From Vicinamibacterales bacterium (GTDB lineage Bacteria; Acidobacteriota; Vicinamibacteria; Vicinamibacterales; 2-12-FULL-66-21), in NCBI GenBank assembly GCA_035495955.1, contig DATJFE010000070.1, positions 29,332 through 93,331 of the forward strand: a stretch of 64,000 nucleotides of DNA. Direction: 5' to 3'. The position numbers and the translations under genes were made by a program. Shown here in pieces: positions 18,220-26,762 of the stretch. Positions within the stretch are counted from its first letter, which is position 1. Each line of letters starts with the position of its first letter. Below the pieces are notes generated by a model. The model saw nothing but the letters and a program-made list of their open reading frames with translations. It was not told the origin of the DNA and did no database searches.

Positions 18220-20216
18220 CACGACAGGCTTTCCCGCGCGGTGAGCCGGGTCGGCGCGCCGTGCTCCAACGCCTTTTTGCCTTTGGTCGGCCAGAACCAG
18301 CCGACCAGCGCGATGAAGATTGGAATCGATCCCCAGACGACGCCCTGCGCCTGGAAGATCGACCAGACGAACATGGCGCTGGTCGTGATCGCCGTCAGCA
18401 GCGGCCAGAGGGAGGGACCCGGCATCGGGTATCGATGATCCGGTTCGGCGTCGAGCAGGAACGTGACGAGGACCTCGCGCGTGTCGCTCGCGAGTCCGAC
18501 AATCGGGGGCGGCGCGAGTTCGGTGTGCCACAGAGGCTCGCTGCTGGCGACCGTCGGCTGCGGCGAGAAGTTGTAAGCCGGCGGCGGCGACGAGGTCGCC
18601 CATTCGAGCGTGGCGGCGCCCCACGGATTGGGTCCGGCGACCGCGCCGGCACGAAGGCTCACGATAACGTTCACCAGGTAGACGACCAGCGACACGAAGA
18701 TCACCGCGGCCCCCACGCTCGCCAGCAGGTTCAGGCCGTGCCAGCCCATCGACGCCGGGTAGGTGTAGACGCGCCGGGGCATGCCGTCCAGGCCGAGGAG
18801 GTGCATCGGAAAGAACGTCATGTTGAAGCCGACGAACAGGAGCCAGAAGCTCGCGCGGCCAAGCCGGTCGCTCAGCATGCGCCCGGTCATTTTCGGGAAC
18901 CAGAAGAAGATGCCGCCGAGCAGCGGGAAGGTCGAGCCGCCAATCAGCACGTAATGCAGATGCGCGACAACGAAATACGTGTCGTGCACCTGCCGATCGA
19001 CGGGACCGGCCGCGAGCACGACCCCGGTCAGGCCGCCGATGATGAAGATGAAGAACAACGACGCCATGTAGAGGAACGGAACGGTGATCTGCAGGCGCCG
19101 CGCCGACCAGATCGTGGCGATCCAGTTGAAGATCTGGATGCCTGTCGGAATCACGATCATCATGCTCGCGGCGCTGAAGAAGCTCAGGCTGAGCTCCGGA
19201 AGGCCGGTGGCGAACATGTGATGGACCCACACGCCGAAGCCGATGAACGCCGTCGAGAGCATCGAGAGCACCATCGTGAGGTTGCCGACGACGGGCCGGC
19301 GGGCGGATGTCGCAATCACTTCGGACATCATTCCCAGCGCGGGCAGGAAGATGATGTAGACCTCGGGGTGACCGAAGAACCAGAACAGATGCTGCCAGAG
19401 CAGCGGGTCTCCTCCCTCGGCCTGGTTGTAGAAGTGCGTGCTGACCAGGCGATCGAGAATGAGGCACGTGCTCGAGATGACGATCGACGGCATCGCGAAG
19501 ATGACCATGAACGACACGATCAGCATCGCCCAGACGAACAGCGGCATGCGGTTCAGCGACATGCCCGGCGTCCGGAGCTTGAAGATCGTCACGATGAGGC
19601 AGGTCGCGACCACCAGCGCCGAGACCTCGGTGAACGTAATCAGTTGCGCCCATACGTCGGCCCGCTTGCCGTAGCCGTACTCCGGCCCGGCCAGCGGGAG
19701 ATAGCTGAACCACCCGTTGTCGGGGCCGATGTTCAGGAAGAACATCGAATAGAGGAAGATCCCGCCGAAGAGGTACATCCAGTAGCTGAACGCGAGCATC
19801 CTCGGAAACGCCATGCTGCGCGCGCCGACCATCAGCGGCACCAGATAGACGCCCATCGCAAGCACGACCGGCACCGCGAACAGGAACATCATCGTCGTCC
19901 CGTGCGTGGTGAAGATCTGGTTGTACTGATCGGGCGAGAGGAAGGTGTTGTCGGGGCGTGAGAGCTGGATCCGCATGAGCGCCGCGAGGACCCCGCCGAG
20001 CGTGAAGAAGCCGAACGCCGTGACGATGTAGCGCCGGCCGATTGCCTTGTGATCGGTATCGGAGAGCCACGCGACGAGCCCGCGGCCGTTCCACCAGGTC
20101 TTCTCCAGCGCGCGGCGCTCGCGTTCGAGTCCCTCGACCGTCAGGCGCGCGTCGTGGTCCGCCAGCCGCGGGCGGCGCTCGTCGTCTCGTCGCCGCTTCG
20201 TCTCGCCGGGCGTCAC
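18219..20216 (-). CDS. ctaD: Cytochrome c oxidase subunit I (heme-copper, aa3/caa3 type)
   Basis: 665 aa. WFFGHPEVYIIFLPALGMMSEV, VWVHHMFATG and HDTYFVVAHLHYVL are hallmark motifs. The GTG start overlaps the subunit II stop (GTGA). Confidence 0.95.
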   Translation of the reverse strand: MTPGETKRRRDDERRPRLADHDARLTVEGLERERRALEKTWWNGRGLVAWLSDTDHKAIGRRYIVTAFGFFTLGGVLAALMRIQLSRPDNTFLSPDQYNQIFTTHGTTMMFLFAVPVVLAMGVYLVPLMVGARSMAFPRMLAFSYWMYLFGGIFLYSMFFLNIGPDNGWFSYLPLAGPEYGYGKRADVWAQLITFTEVSALVVATCLIVTIFKLRTPGMSLNRMPLFVWAMLIVSFMVIFAMPSIVISSTCLILDRLVSTHFYNQAEGGDPLLWQHLFWFFGHPEVYIIFLPALGMMSEVIATSARRPVVGNLTMVLSMLSTAFIGFGVWVHHMFATGLPELSLSFFSAASMMIVIPTGIQIFNWIATIWSARRLQITVPFLYMASLFFIFIIGGLTGVVLAAGPVDRQVHDTYFVVAHLHYVLIGGSTFPLLGGIFFWFPKMTGRMLSDRLGRASFWLLFVGFNMTFFPMHLLGLDGMPRRVYTYPASMGWHGLNLLASVGAAVIFVSLVVYLVNVIVSLRAGAVAGPNPWGAATLEWATSSPPPAYNFSPQPTVASSEPLWHTELAPPPIVGLASDTREVLVTFLLDAEPDHRYPMPGPSLWPLLTAITTSAMFVWSIFQAQGVVWGSIPIFIALVGWFWPTKGKKALEHGAPTRLTARESLS

Positions 20217-21151
20217 TTCAGCGACTCCAGATAGGCGATGACGGCCTGCAGTTGCTCGTCACTCAAGCCTGGAACCGGCATCCGGTTCCCTGGCTTGACG
20301 TGCTGGGGATCGGCAATCCAGCCGCCGAGGTATCCGCGCGTATTGGGCAGCGTTCCCGCGGCGATCGTGCTGCGGGATCCGATGTGCGTCAGGTCGGGCG
20401 CGCTTCGCGCGCCGGCGAGTGTTCCCGTGATGTTGTGGCACATGGCGCACGGACCACGCTCCACCACCGCCTTGCCCCGCTCCTGTTCTGGCGTCGAGGG
20501 CGGCACAGCCGGTGCGCGATTCGCCGCGAGCCAGCGCTCGAAGGCGTCGGGCGCCTCGGCGACGACCACGAGCGCCATCTTCGCGTGCTGCAGCCCGCAA
20601 TATTCGGCGCACTGCCCCCGGTACACGCCGGCACGGTCTGCCTGGAGCCACAGCTCGTTCAACCGTCCGGGAATCAGATCGACTTTTCCCTGCAGGCTGG
20701 GAATCCAGAGACTGTGGATGACGTCGGTCGAGAGCAGATCGATGCGAACGGGCCGCCCGACAGGAAGATGGATTTCGTTCGCCGTGGTGACGTTCAGCGA
20801 CGGCAGGTCATTGACGTACTGCACATCCCACCACCACTGATTGGCGGTCACCTGCAGGTGCAGGGCGTCAGGCGTACGGATGGCGTCCTCGGCGCGGCCC
20901 GTGAGCACGCTTTCAAACAGGATCGCGATGAGCACGACCGCCGACAGAGCTCCGGCGACGGCGATGTTCGTTCCGAGCTGACGGTCGGTGGCACGCGATG
21001 CGGCACGCCGGCCGGTGCGAATGGCGATGAGCGCCGCCATCGCAACCGCGATCCAGACCGCCGCGCAGATCCCGAAAATGAGCCACCACAGATGGCTCGC
21101 GCGCGCCGCCTCGATTCCCGCCGGATGGATGACGGACTGAACGTGCGGCAT
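20213..21151 (-). CDS. ctaC: Cytochrome c oxidase subunit II with C-terminal cytochrome c domain (caa3 type)
   Basis: The start was chosen at MPHVQSVIHP (21151), where it overlaps the upstream stop (ATGA). The CuA motif is DVIHS...CAEYCGLQHAKM. The C-terminal heme c motif is CAMCH. Confidence 0.9.
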   Translation of the reverse strand: MPHVQSVIHPAGIEAARASHLWWLIFGICAAVWIAVAMAALIAIRTGRRAASRATDRQLGTNIAVAGALSAVVLIAILFESVLTGRAEDAIRTPDALHLQVTANQWWWDVQYVNDLPSLNVTTANEIHLPVGRPVRIDLLSTDVIHSLWIPSLQGKVDLIPGRLNELWLQADRAGVYRGQCAEYCGLQHAKMALVVVAEAPDAFERWLAANRAPAVPPSTPEQERGKAVVERGPCAMCHNITGTLAGARSAPDLTHIGSRSTIAAGTLPNTRGYLGGWIADPQHVKPGNRMPVPGLSDEQLQAVIAYLESLK

Positions 21152-21726
21152 CACCGGTGCCCCGTCTGGACGGGCACCAGCGGCGAACGCCGCGATTCCG
21201 GAGGACCCGTCGCCTGATCGTCGTTGCGGCCGGCCGCGTTGGTCGGCGCCACCTGGCCGGCCATCGACTGCACGTACGCCACCAGTTGCCAGATTTGCTG
21301 CGCCGGAATGTGCCCGCCGAACGACGGCATGCCGTCGGGGCGCCCCTGCGAGATCGTCGCGAAGATCTGATCCGGCTGGCTGCCGTAGATCCACTTCTCG
21401 TCCATCAGCGGCGGTCCGATCGCGCCGCCGCCGTTCGCGCCGTGGCACGGCGCACAGTTATACGCGCCGTACAGCCGCTTGCCTTCGCCGATGCCCCACG
21501 CATTGTCCTGATACGGACTCCTGACGGACGCATTCTGCTGCGGCGCACCCGGCTCGAGCTGGCCGACGCGCACCGCCGTCTCGCGATTCGCCGCCGCCGG
21601 CAGCTCCTGATACCGCCGCGCCTCCCGCTCGCACCCCGCGAGCAGAGCAAGTGCGGCCACCAAAACCAAAAGAGTCCGTGTCGTCCGTGGCCCCTTGATC
21701 CGTCTAGTCCGCGTGGTCCGCGGCAT
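21151..21726 (-). CDS. Monoheme c-type cytochrome lipoprotein (candidate electron carrier between the PQQ dehydrogenase and the oxidase)
   Basis: 191 aa with a lipobox (LLAGC). It has a single CAPCH and a distal Met context (GRPDGMPSFG). Confidence 0.8.
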   Translation of the reverse strand: MPRTTRTRRIKGPRTTRTLLVLVAALALLAGCEREARRYQELPAAANRETAVRVGQLEPGAPQQNASVRSPYQDNAWGIGEGKRLYGAYNCAPCHGANGGGAIGPPLMDEKWIYGSQPDQIFATISQGRPDGMPSFGGHIPAQQIWQLVAYVQSMAGQVAPTNAAGRNDDQATGPPESRRSPLVPVQTGHR

Positions 21727-21727
21727 C

Positions 21728-22534
21728 TCAGTGGCCCTCCGTCCTCGGCACGCCGTAGCCCGCCAGAATCGCGTCGATCTGTCCGCGGCGGCGCGCGATG
21801 AAGTCGTCGAGCTCCTGCTTCAGGGCGACGTCGCCGTGGCGCACGCCCATCGAGATGTCGAACACGAACGGCAGCGACGGCGAGTCGGCCTGCGGGGTGA
21901 CGGGATTGAGCTGCAGGTCGGTGGCACGCGTCTTCGCGAAATAACCCGCCGCCGGTCCCCACACGACGGCCGCGTCGACGTCGCCGCGATCCACGGCGTC
22001 GACGATGCCGGCGAGCGGGCAGGGCCGCGAGTAGTCGCCGAAGACCGAATACCCGACGACGTTTTGGACGATGCCGCGATTGCTGAGCGCGTGCGCCGGC
22101 GGGCTGTTGCTGAAGTCATCGCCGATCAACTGGACGCCGATCCGCAATCGGCGCAGCCGTGGATCGTCGAGCGATCGGAGATCGAGATGCCGGTCGCGCC
22201 TCGCGACGAAGACATAGCTGGACCGGTAGTACGGGTTCGTCGTCTGCGCGAGGTCGAACGCCGTCGGCACTCCCATCAGCACGTCGCACGCGCCGGCCTT
22301 CAGCGTGTGCCGGACGTAGCCGCGCCGCTGTGCCCACCACGTATATTCGAGCGTCGCATGGCGATCCCGGGCGAGCAGTTCGGCGATCTTGTTCTCGAAT
22401 CCTTCGCCCGCGCGATTCGAGAACGGCAGATTATTCGGATCCGAACACACGCGCAGCACCCGCGCCGGCGCCCGATGACACGCGGCGATCGCCATGGCGG
22501 CAACGATGCACGCATACGCCCGAAGGCGGATCAC
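21728..22534 (-). CDS. Quinoprotein-dehydrogenase-associated periplasmic substrate-binding protein (MxaJ/XoxJ-like)
   Basis: The GTG start at 22534 overlaps the dehydrogenase stop (GTGA). LRVCSDPNNLPFSN...GFENKIAELLA...GACDVLMGVP matches the MoxJ/TIGR03871-type family as I recall it. Confidence 0.8.
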   Translation of the reverse strand: MIRLRAYACIVAAMAIAACHRAPARVLRVCSDPNNLPFSNRAGEGFENKIAELLARDRHATLEYTWWAQRRGYVRHTLKAGACDVLMGVPTAFDLAQTTNPYYRSSYVFVARRDRHLDLRSLDDPRLRRLRIGVQLIGDDFSNSPPAHALSNRGIVQNVVGYSVFGDYSRPCPLAGIVDAVDRGDVDAAVVWGPAAGYFAKTRATDLQLNPVTPQADSPSLPFVFDISMGVRHGDVALKQELDDFIARRRGQIDAILAGYGVPRTEGH

Positions 22535-24420
22535 CGTCCGCCTCCAAGCGCGAAGACGTAGAGCATGCCGCCCCTCGTAGTCGCCTTTTTCAGATCGGCC
22601 ATGACTCTGCCGAAGCCGTTGCCCGCGGTGGGATCCCGCGGATCGAGATCGCCGGCAACGATGGCGCCCGCCCATCCGCCGACGCCCGCCTGCACCGCGA
22701 CGTACTCCCGGCCGTCTGGACCCTTATAGGCAATCGGCTGCCCGACGATCCCGGAGCCGCATTTGAACTGCCACAGGAGATCGCCGGTTCTGGCGTTGAC
22801 GGCCTTGAACCAGCCGTCCATCGTCCCGTAGAAGACGAGGTCGCTTGCCGTGACCATCGTCCCGCTCCAGACGGGGAAGTTCTCCTTCACTTCCCATGCG
22901 ACCTTCGCGCCCACGGGATCCCAGGCCGTCACCGCGCCGCGATTGCCGCCCGGCCCGGCCTTGAAGACGACGCTCGCGCCCACATACGGCGTGCCGGCGA
23001 TGTAGCTGGTCGACATGCCTTCGACGTCCTCGCACAGATTCTGGCGAGGGATGTAAAGCAGCCGGGTCGTCGGCGAGAACGAGGACGGCTGCCAGTCCTT
23101 CATCCCCGGCGCCCCGGGGCAGTTGTCGCGCGTCACGACGCCCTGGCGCGTCCCCTTCATTTCCTGATCGCTCGCGTCGATCAGGCGACCCGTCTTGAGA
23201 TCGACGCCATGGTTCGTATTGACGAAGCCGTACGGCGCGGCGGAGAGCACTTCTCCCGTCGAGCGGTCGAGGACGTAGAGCAGACCGTTGCGATCGGGAT
23301 GCATCGCGACTTTTCGCGTCTGGCCGCCCATCTGCAGATCGGCCAGCACCCATTCGTTCACGCCGTCGTGATCGTAGAGATCGTGCGGGCTCGTCTGATA
23401 GGCCCATCGGGCCTCCCCGGTGTCCGCGTCGCGCGCGAAGGTCGTCGCGGTCCACTTGTTGTCGCCCGGCCGCTGGCCGGGATTCCACGGGCCGGGATTC
23501 GAGGTGCCGTAGTAAATCAGGTTCAGGTCCGCGTCGTACGAGATCCAGCCCCAGACGGTGCCGCCGCCGATCCGCCACGCTTCGCCCGGCCACGTCGAGA
23601 TGCCGAGATCCTTGCCGCGGTAATCCGCGTAGAACGGCTTGAAGCTCGGACCGATCAGCACGTCCTTGTCCGGTCCCGTGCTGTAGCCGCGCCACGCGAT
23701 CTTTCCCGAGGCCGCGTCGAGCGCGGTGATCCACCCGCGCACGCCGAACTCGCCGCCGCTGTTGCCGACGAGCACCTTCCCCTTGACGACGAGCGGCGCC
23801 ATCGTGATCGTCTCGCCCTTGTTGATGTCGGCGAGCTGCGCGATCCATTTCGGCTCGCCCGTCGCCGCGTCCACCGCGATCGTGCGGCCGTCGAGGGTGT
23901 TGAAGAAGATGCTGCCGTTCGCGTACGACGCGCCGCGGTTCACGAGGTCGCAGCAGGCCACGCCCTTGGCGGCGCCGAGTGGTTTTGGATCGTAGGACCA
24001 TTTCATCGGCGCGCCCGGCCTGGCCAGATCGAACGCGTAGAGAATGTTCGGGAAGGGCGTCACGAGATACATCGTGTCGCCGACGACGAGCGGCGCCGCC
24101 TCGTGGCCCGAAACCATGCCGGTCGAGAACGTCCACGCAACGCCGAGCTGGCGCACGTTGTCCGTGTTTATCTCTGTCAGACCCGAAAAACGCGTGGACG
24201 CGTAGTTCTTCGCCGGCAGCACCCACTGTCCGTCGTCGTCCTGCAGGGCAGCCGGATCGACCGACGTCATCTGGCCGGATAGAGCTTTCGAAGACGCGGG
24301 TTTCGGGTTCTCAACTTTCTGAGCCTGGCAACCGCCGGCGGCGAGTGCGATTCCCGCCAGCAGGAGCCCTGGTGTCCGGACGCCGTGTGCTCGCATCACG
24401 GTTCCGTAATGCAAAAGCAT
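22531..24420 (-). CDS. PQQ-dependent dehydrogenase, methanol/ethanol family (XoxF/PedH-like, predicted lanthanide type), lipoprotein
   Basis: 629 aa with a lipobox (AAGGC). It has a vicinal Cys-Cys (GVACCDLVNRG) and W-rich propeller repeats. The catalytic region is SPHDLYDHDGVNE, with Asp-x-Asp. An alternative start exists at 24396 (M9). Confidence 0.9.
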   Translation of the reverse strand: MLLHYGTVMRAHGVRTPGLLLAGIALAAGGCQAQKVENPKPASSKALSGQMTSVDPAALQDDDGQWVLPAKNYASTRFSGLTEINTDNVRQLGVAWTFSTGMVSGHEAAPLVVGDTMYLVTPFPNILYAFDLARPGAPMKWSYDPKPLGAAKGVACCDLVNRGASYANGSIFFNTLDGRTIAVDAATGEPKWIAQLADINKGETITMAPLVVKGKVLVGNSGGEFGVRGWITALDAASGKIAWRGYSTGPDKDVLIGPSFKPFYADYRGKDLGISTWPGEAWRIGGGTVWGWISYDADLNLIYYGTSNPGPWNPGQRPGDNKWTATTFARDADTGEARWAYQTSPHDLYDHDGVNEWVLADLQMGGQTRKVAMHPDRNGLLYVLDRSTGEVLSAAPYGFVNTNHGVDLKTGRLIDASDQEMKGTRQGVVTRDNCPGAPGMKDWQPSSFSPTTRLLYIPRQNLCEDVEGMSTSYIAGTPYVGASVVFKAGPGGNRGAVTAWDPVGAKVAWEVKENFPVWSGTMVTASDLVFYGTMDGWFKAVNARTGDLLWQFKCGSGIVGQPIAYKGPDGREYVAVQAGVGGWAGAIVAGDLDPRDPTAGNGFGRVMADLKKATTRGGMLYVFALGGGR

Positions 24421-24750
24421 TTCCGAAGAGTGTTCTGTCTATAATGAACGCGAGCGCTCTCACGCAAATCGCGCAGGATCAAATCGTCGAGAGCCGCTTG
24501 CGATCGGAATAGCTGGTCGCCGAACTCGCGCTGGAGCGCGGGCGGTAATGGCGTCTGTTCGACGAGGCGTCTCAGCGGTATCCAGTCACCGGGCTGGATC
24601 CCGCCCGTGACTCGTTTCACGACGCCTGCACTGTAGGGTCGGCTTCTTTTTATGTAAGGAATCCCATCGCGCTCCGGATTTCAACTCTCAGGCTCAGCCG
24701 GGATGTCGACACCGGACGCGCTGGCACGGCTGTTGATTTACAAGGGAGAT

Positions 24751-24960
24751 ATGGCAAAGAGACGCAAGCGATCGGATACCGCGTCAAGCCCGAACGAGCA
24801 GCCGCCGCCGGCGGTCAACGGCAACCGCGATCGAATCGCGGCGCGCGCGTACGAGCTCTACATCGCGCGCGGCGGCACCCACGGCGCCGACTGGGAAGAC
24901 TGGCTGGCGGCCGAACGCGAATTCGCCAAGGCAGGCGAGTCCAACAAAAGCGAGGAATAG
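24751..24960 (+). CDS. DUF2934-family small protein
   Basis: RIAARAYELYIARGGTHGADWEDWLAAEREF is the DUF2934 signature. An SD (agggaga) precedes the ATG at 24751. The ORF is open from 24703. Confidence 0.7.
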   Translation: MAKRRKRSDTASSPNEQPPPAVNGNRDRIAARAYELYIARGGTHGADWEDWLAAEREFAKAGESNKSEE

Positions 24961-24969
24961 AGCTGGCCG

Positions 24970-25614
24970 ATGGCGCCACCATCCGCGTCCCTGCTCGATC
25001 GGCGCCTTCCGTTCGTGCTCGTCGCCGACGATGACAGGGATACGCGGGAGCTCTATCGGGCCTGCTTCGACACCAGCGGGTACCGCACGGCGGAAGCCGG
25101 CACCGGATCGCAGGCGATCGTGTCGGCCGTCGAAATCGTTCCGGACGTCCTCCTCACGGATTATGTGCTCCCGGATATCGACGGCCTCACGGTGGCCCGT
25201 CGTCTGAAGGCGGACGCACGCACGGCGGGCATCTGTATTCTGATGGTGACGGGCTACGCGAATCCTGATCTCGTTCAGCGGGCGGCCGCGGTCGGCATCG
25301 AACGCGTCCTGCTCAAGCCGTGTCTGCCCCAGGCCGCGTTGCGCGAAGTGTCGCGTGCGCTCGCCAGGAGTCAACACCGCAGGATGGAACTGAGCGCATC
25401 GCCGCCGGCCGGGCTTGCGTCGCCGCGTCCGGACGGAAGTGCCGTTTCGCGCGTGCGCGACGAATACGCCGCGATCCCCGGACTCTCTCTGACTCCGGAG
25501 CAGGCGCGCCTCGTGTTCGACCTCGATGCGGACATGTGCGAGCGCGTGCTCGACGCGCTGGTCGCCGAGGGATTCCTGTCGCGCGCGCCGAACGGAACGC
25601 TCAAGAGACCGTAG
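24970..25614 (+). CDS. Response regulator with non-canonical C-terminal (possible winged-helix) domain
   Basis: Receiver motifs are present: VADDDRD, LLTDYVLPDIDG and LKPCLP. The roughly 90-aa C-terminal tail (LSLTPEQARLVFDLDADMCERVLDALVAEGFLSR) does not match OmpR, NarL or NtrC outputs that I know. Confidence 0.8.
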   Translation: MAPPSASLLDRRLPFVLVADDDRDTRELYRACFDTSGYRTAEAGTGSQAIVSAVEIVPDVLLTDYVLPDIDGLTVARRLKADARTAGICILMVTGYANPDLVQRAAAVGIERVLLKPCLPQAALREVSRALARSQHRRMELSASPPAGLASPRPDGSAVSRVRDEYAAIPGLSLTPEQARLVFDLDADMCERVLDALVAEGFLSRAPNGTLKRP

Positions 25615-25634
25615 CGCGGCCGGATCGGTCCGTT

Positions 25635-25967
25635 CTAGAAGAGCCGGCCACCGAGGGGCACGTCACGCTCGGGAACCGCCAGTATTACCGCGCCTTCGGC
25701 GTCGGGCACGCCCAGCGTCAACACTTCCGACATGAACGGACCGATTTGCCGGGGCGGAAAGTTCACGACGCCGAGCACCAGCCGTCCCTCGAGTTCCGCA
25801 GTCGTGTAATGCCTCGTCAACTGCGCGGACGAGCTGCGAATCCCTATCTCGGCCCCGAAATCGATTCGCAGCTTGTAAGCCGGCTTTCGCGCTTCCGGAA
25901 AGGGATCGGCGCGGACGATCCGTCCGACGCGGATGTCGAGCCGTTCGAAATCGGAAAAGGCGATCAT
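25635..25967 (-). CDS. tRNA-binding domain protein (CsaA/YgjH-like)
   Basis: 110 aa starting at MIAFSDFERLDIRVGRIV. KPAYKLRIDFG...SSAQLT...GRLVLGVVNFPPRQIG is typical. Only the C-terminal part of the 359-aa track ORF is the real gene. Confidence 0.8.
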   Translation of the reverse strand: MIAFSDFERLDIRVGRIVRADPFPEARKPAYKLRIDFGAEIGIRSSSAQLTRHYTTAELEGRLVLGVVNFPPRQIGPFMSEVLTLGVPDAEGAVILAVPERDVPLGGRLF

Positions 25968-26024
25968 GGCGCGGGGATCATACAACCGGGACCACGCCAG
26001 GCACATCGCTTGCGTGGCTGAGCC

Positions 26025-26762
26025 GTGATGGCGCGAGGCCGGGCGCGAGTGGGATGCTCGGGCTGGCAGTACCGACACTGGCGCGGCGACTTCTATCCGG
26101 CGGATCTGCCGCTGGCGCGCTGGTTCGAGTACTACACGGAGAGGTTCGATACCGTCGAGATTAACAACAGTTTCTATCGGCTGCCGGAGCGCGCCACCTT
26201 CGCGTCGTGGGCTCGGAGGGCGCCGCCGAGATTCGAATTTGCCGTGAAGGCGAGCCGGTTTCTGACGCACATGAAGAAGCTGAAGGACCCCGAGGAACCG
26301 CTCGACCGCCTGTTCGCGCGGATGCGCGCCCTCGGTTCCGGCCTCGGTCCCGTGCTGTATCAGTTGCCCCCGGGTTGGAAGGCGGACGTGCCCCGCTTCC
26401 GGCATTTCCTGGAAAGCCTGCCGCGGCGCACGCGCCACGTGATCGAATTCCGAGACAGCAGTTGGTATCACGGCGAGATCCTGGCGTTGATGGAGCGGCA
26501 TCGCGTCGCGCTGTGCCTGCACGACATGGCGGGCTCCGCCGCGGCGCGCGAACGCGTCGGCCCCTTCGTCTACGTGCGGTTTCACGGCGCGACGGCGAAG
26601 TACGGCGGCGGGTACACGGAAGAGCGGCTGCGCGGCTGGGCCGAGTGGCTCGACGCGCAGCGCGCCGACGGCTGCGACGTGTATGCCTATTTCAACAACG
26701 ACGCCGGCGGACATGCGCCGCGCGACGCGGTGACGCTGCGGCGCCTCCTGGAGGATTCATGA
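26025..26762 (+). CDS. DUF72 (YecE/UPF0759) family protein
   Basis: GCSGWQYRHWRGDFYP...FDTVEINNSFYRLP...YVRFHG matches the DUF72 signature. Confidence 0.85.
   Translation: MMARGRARVGCSGWQYRHWRGDFYPADLPLARWFEYYTERFDTVEINNSFYRLPERATFASWARRAPPRFEFAVKASRFLTHMKKLKDPEEPLDRLFARMRALGSGLGPVLYQLPPGWKADVPRFRHFLESLPRRTRHVIEFRDSSWYHGEILALMERHRVALCLHDMAGSAAARERVGPFVYVRFHGATAKYGGGYTEERLRGWAEWLDAQRADGCDVYAYFNNDAGGHAPRDAVTLRRLLEDS

Noticed and set aside
17611-20094. 827-aa minus-strand ORF
   Set aside because: Only the last 202 codons (from MASSRVALDV at 18219) look like a real protein (CoxIII). The upstream part is out of frame over the genuine CoxI gene and is low-complexity Arg/Pro-rich.
24396-24620. 74-aa minus-strand ORF upstream of the PQQ dehydrogenase. 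Its TGA overlaps the alternative dehydrogenase start (ATGA at 24394-24398).
   Set aside because: The overlap is tempting as evidence of coupling. However, the ORF's 3' third runs through the only AT-rich, promoter-like patch of the region (24401-24450). It has no recognisable family features or SD. I treat it as non-coding leader or promoter DNA, although this remains uncertain.
25635-26714. 359-aa minus-strand ORF
   Set aside because: Only the last 110 codons match a tRNA-binding (CsaA-like) protein. The upstream part overlaps the well-supported plus-strand DUF72 gene.
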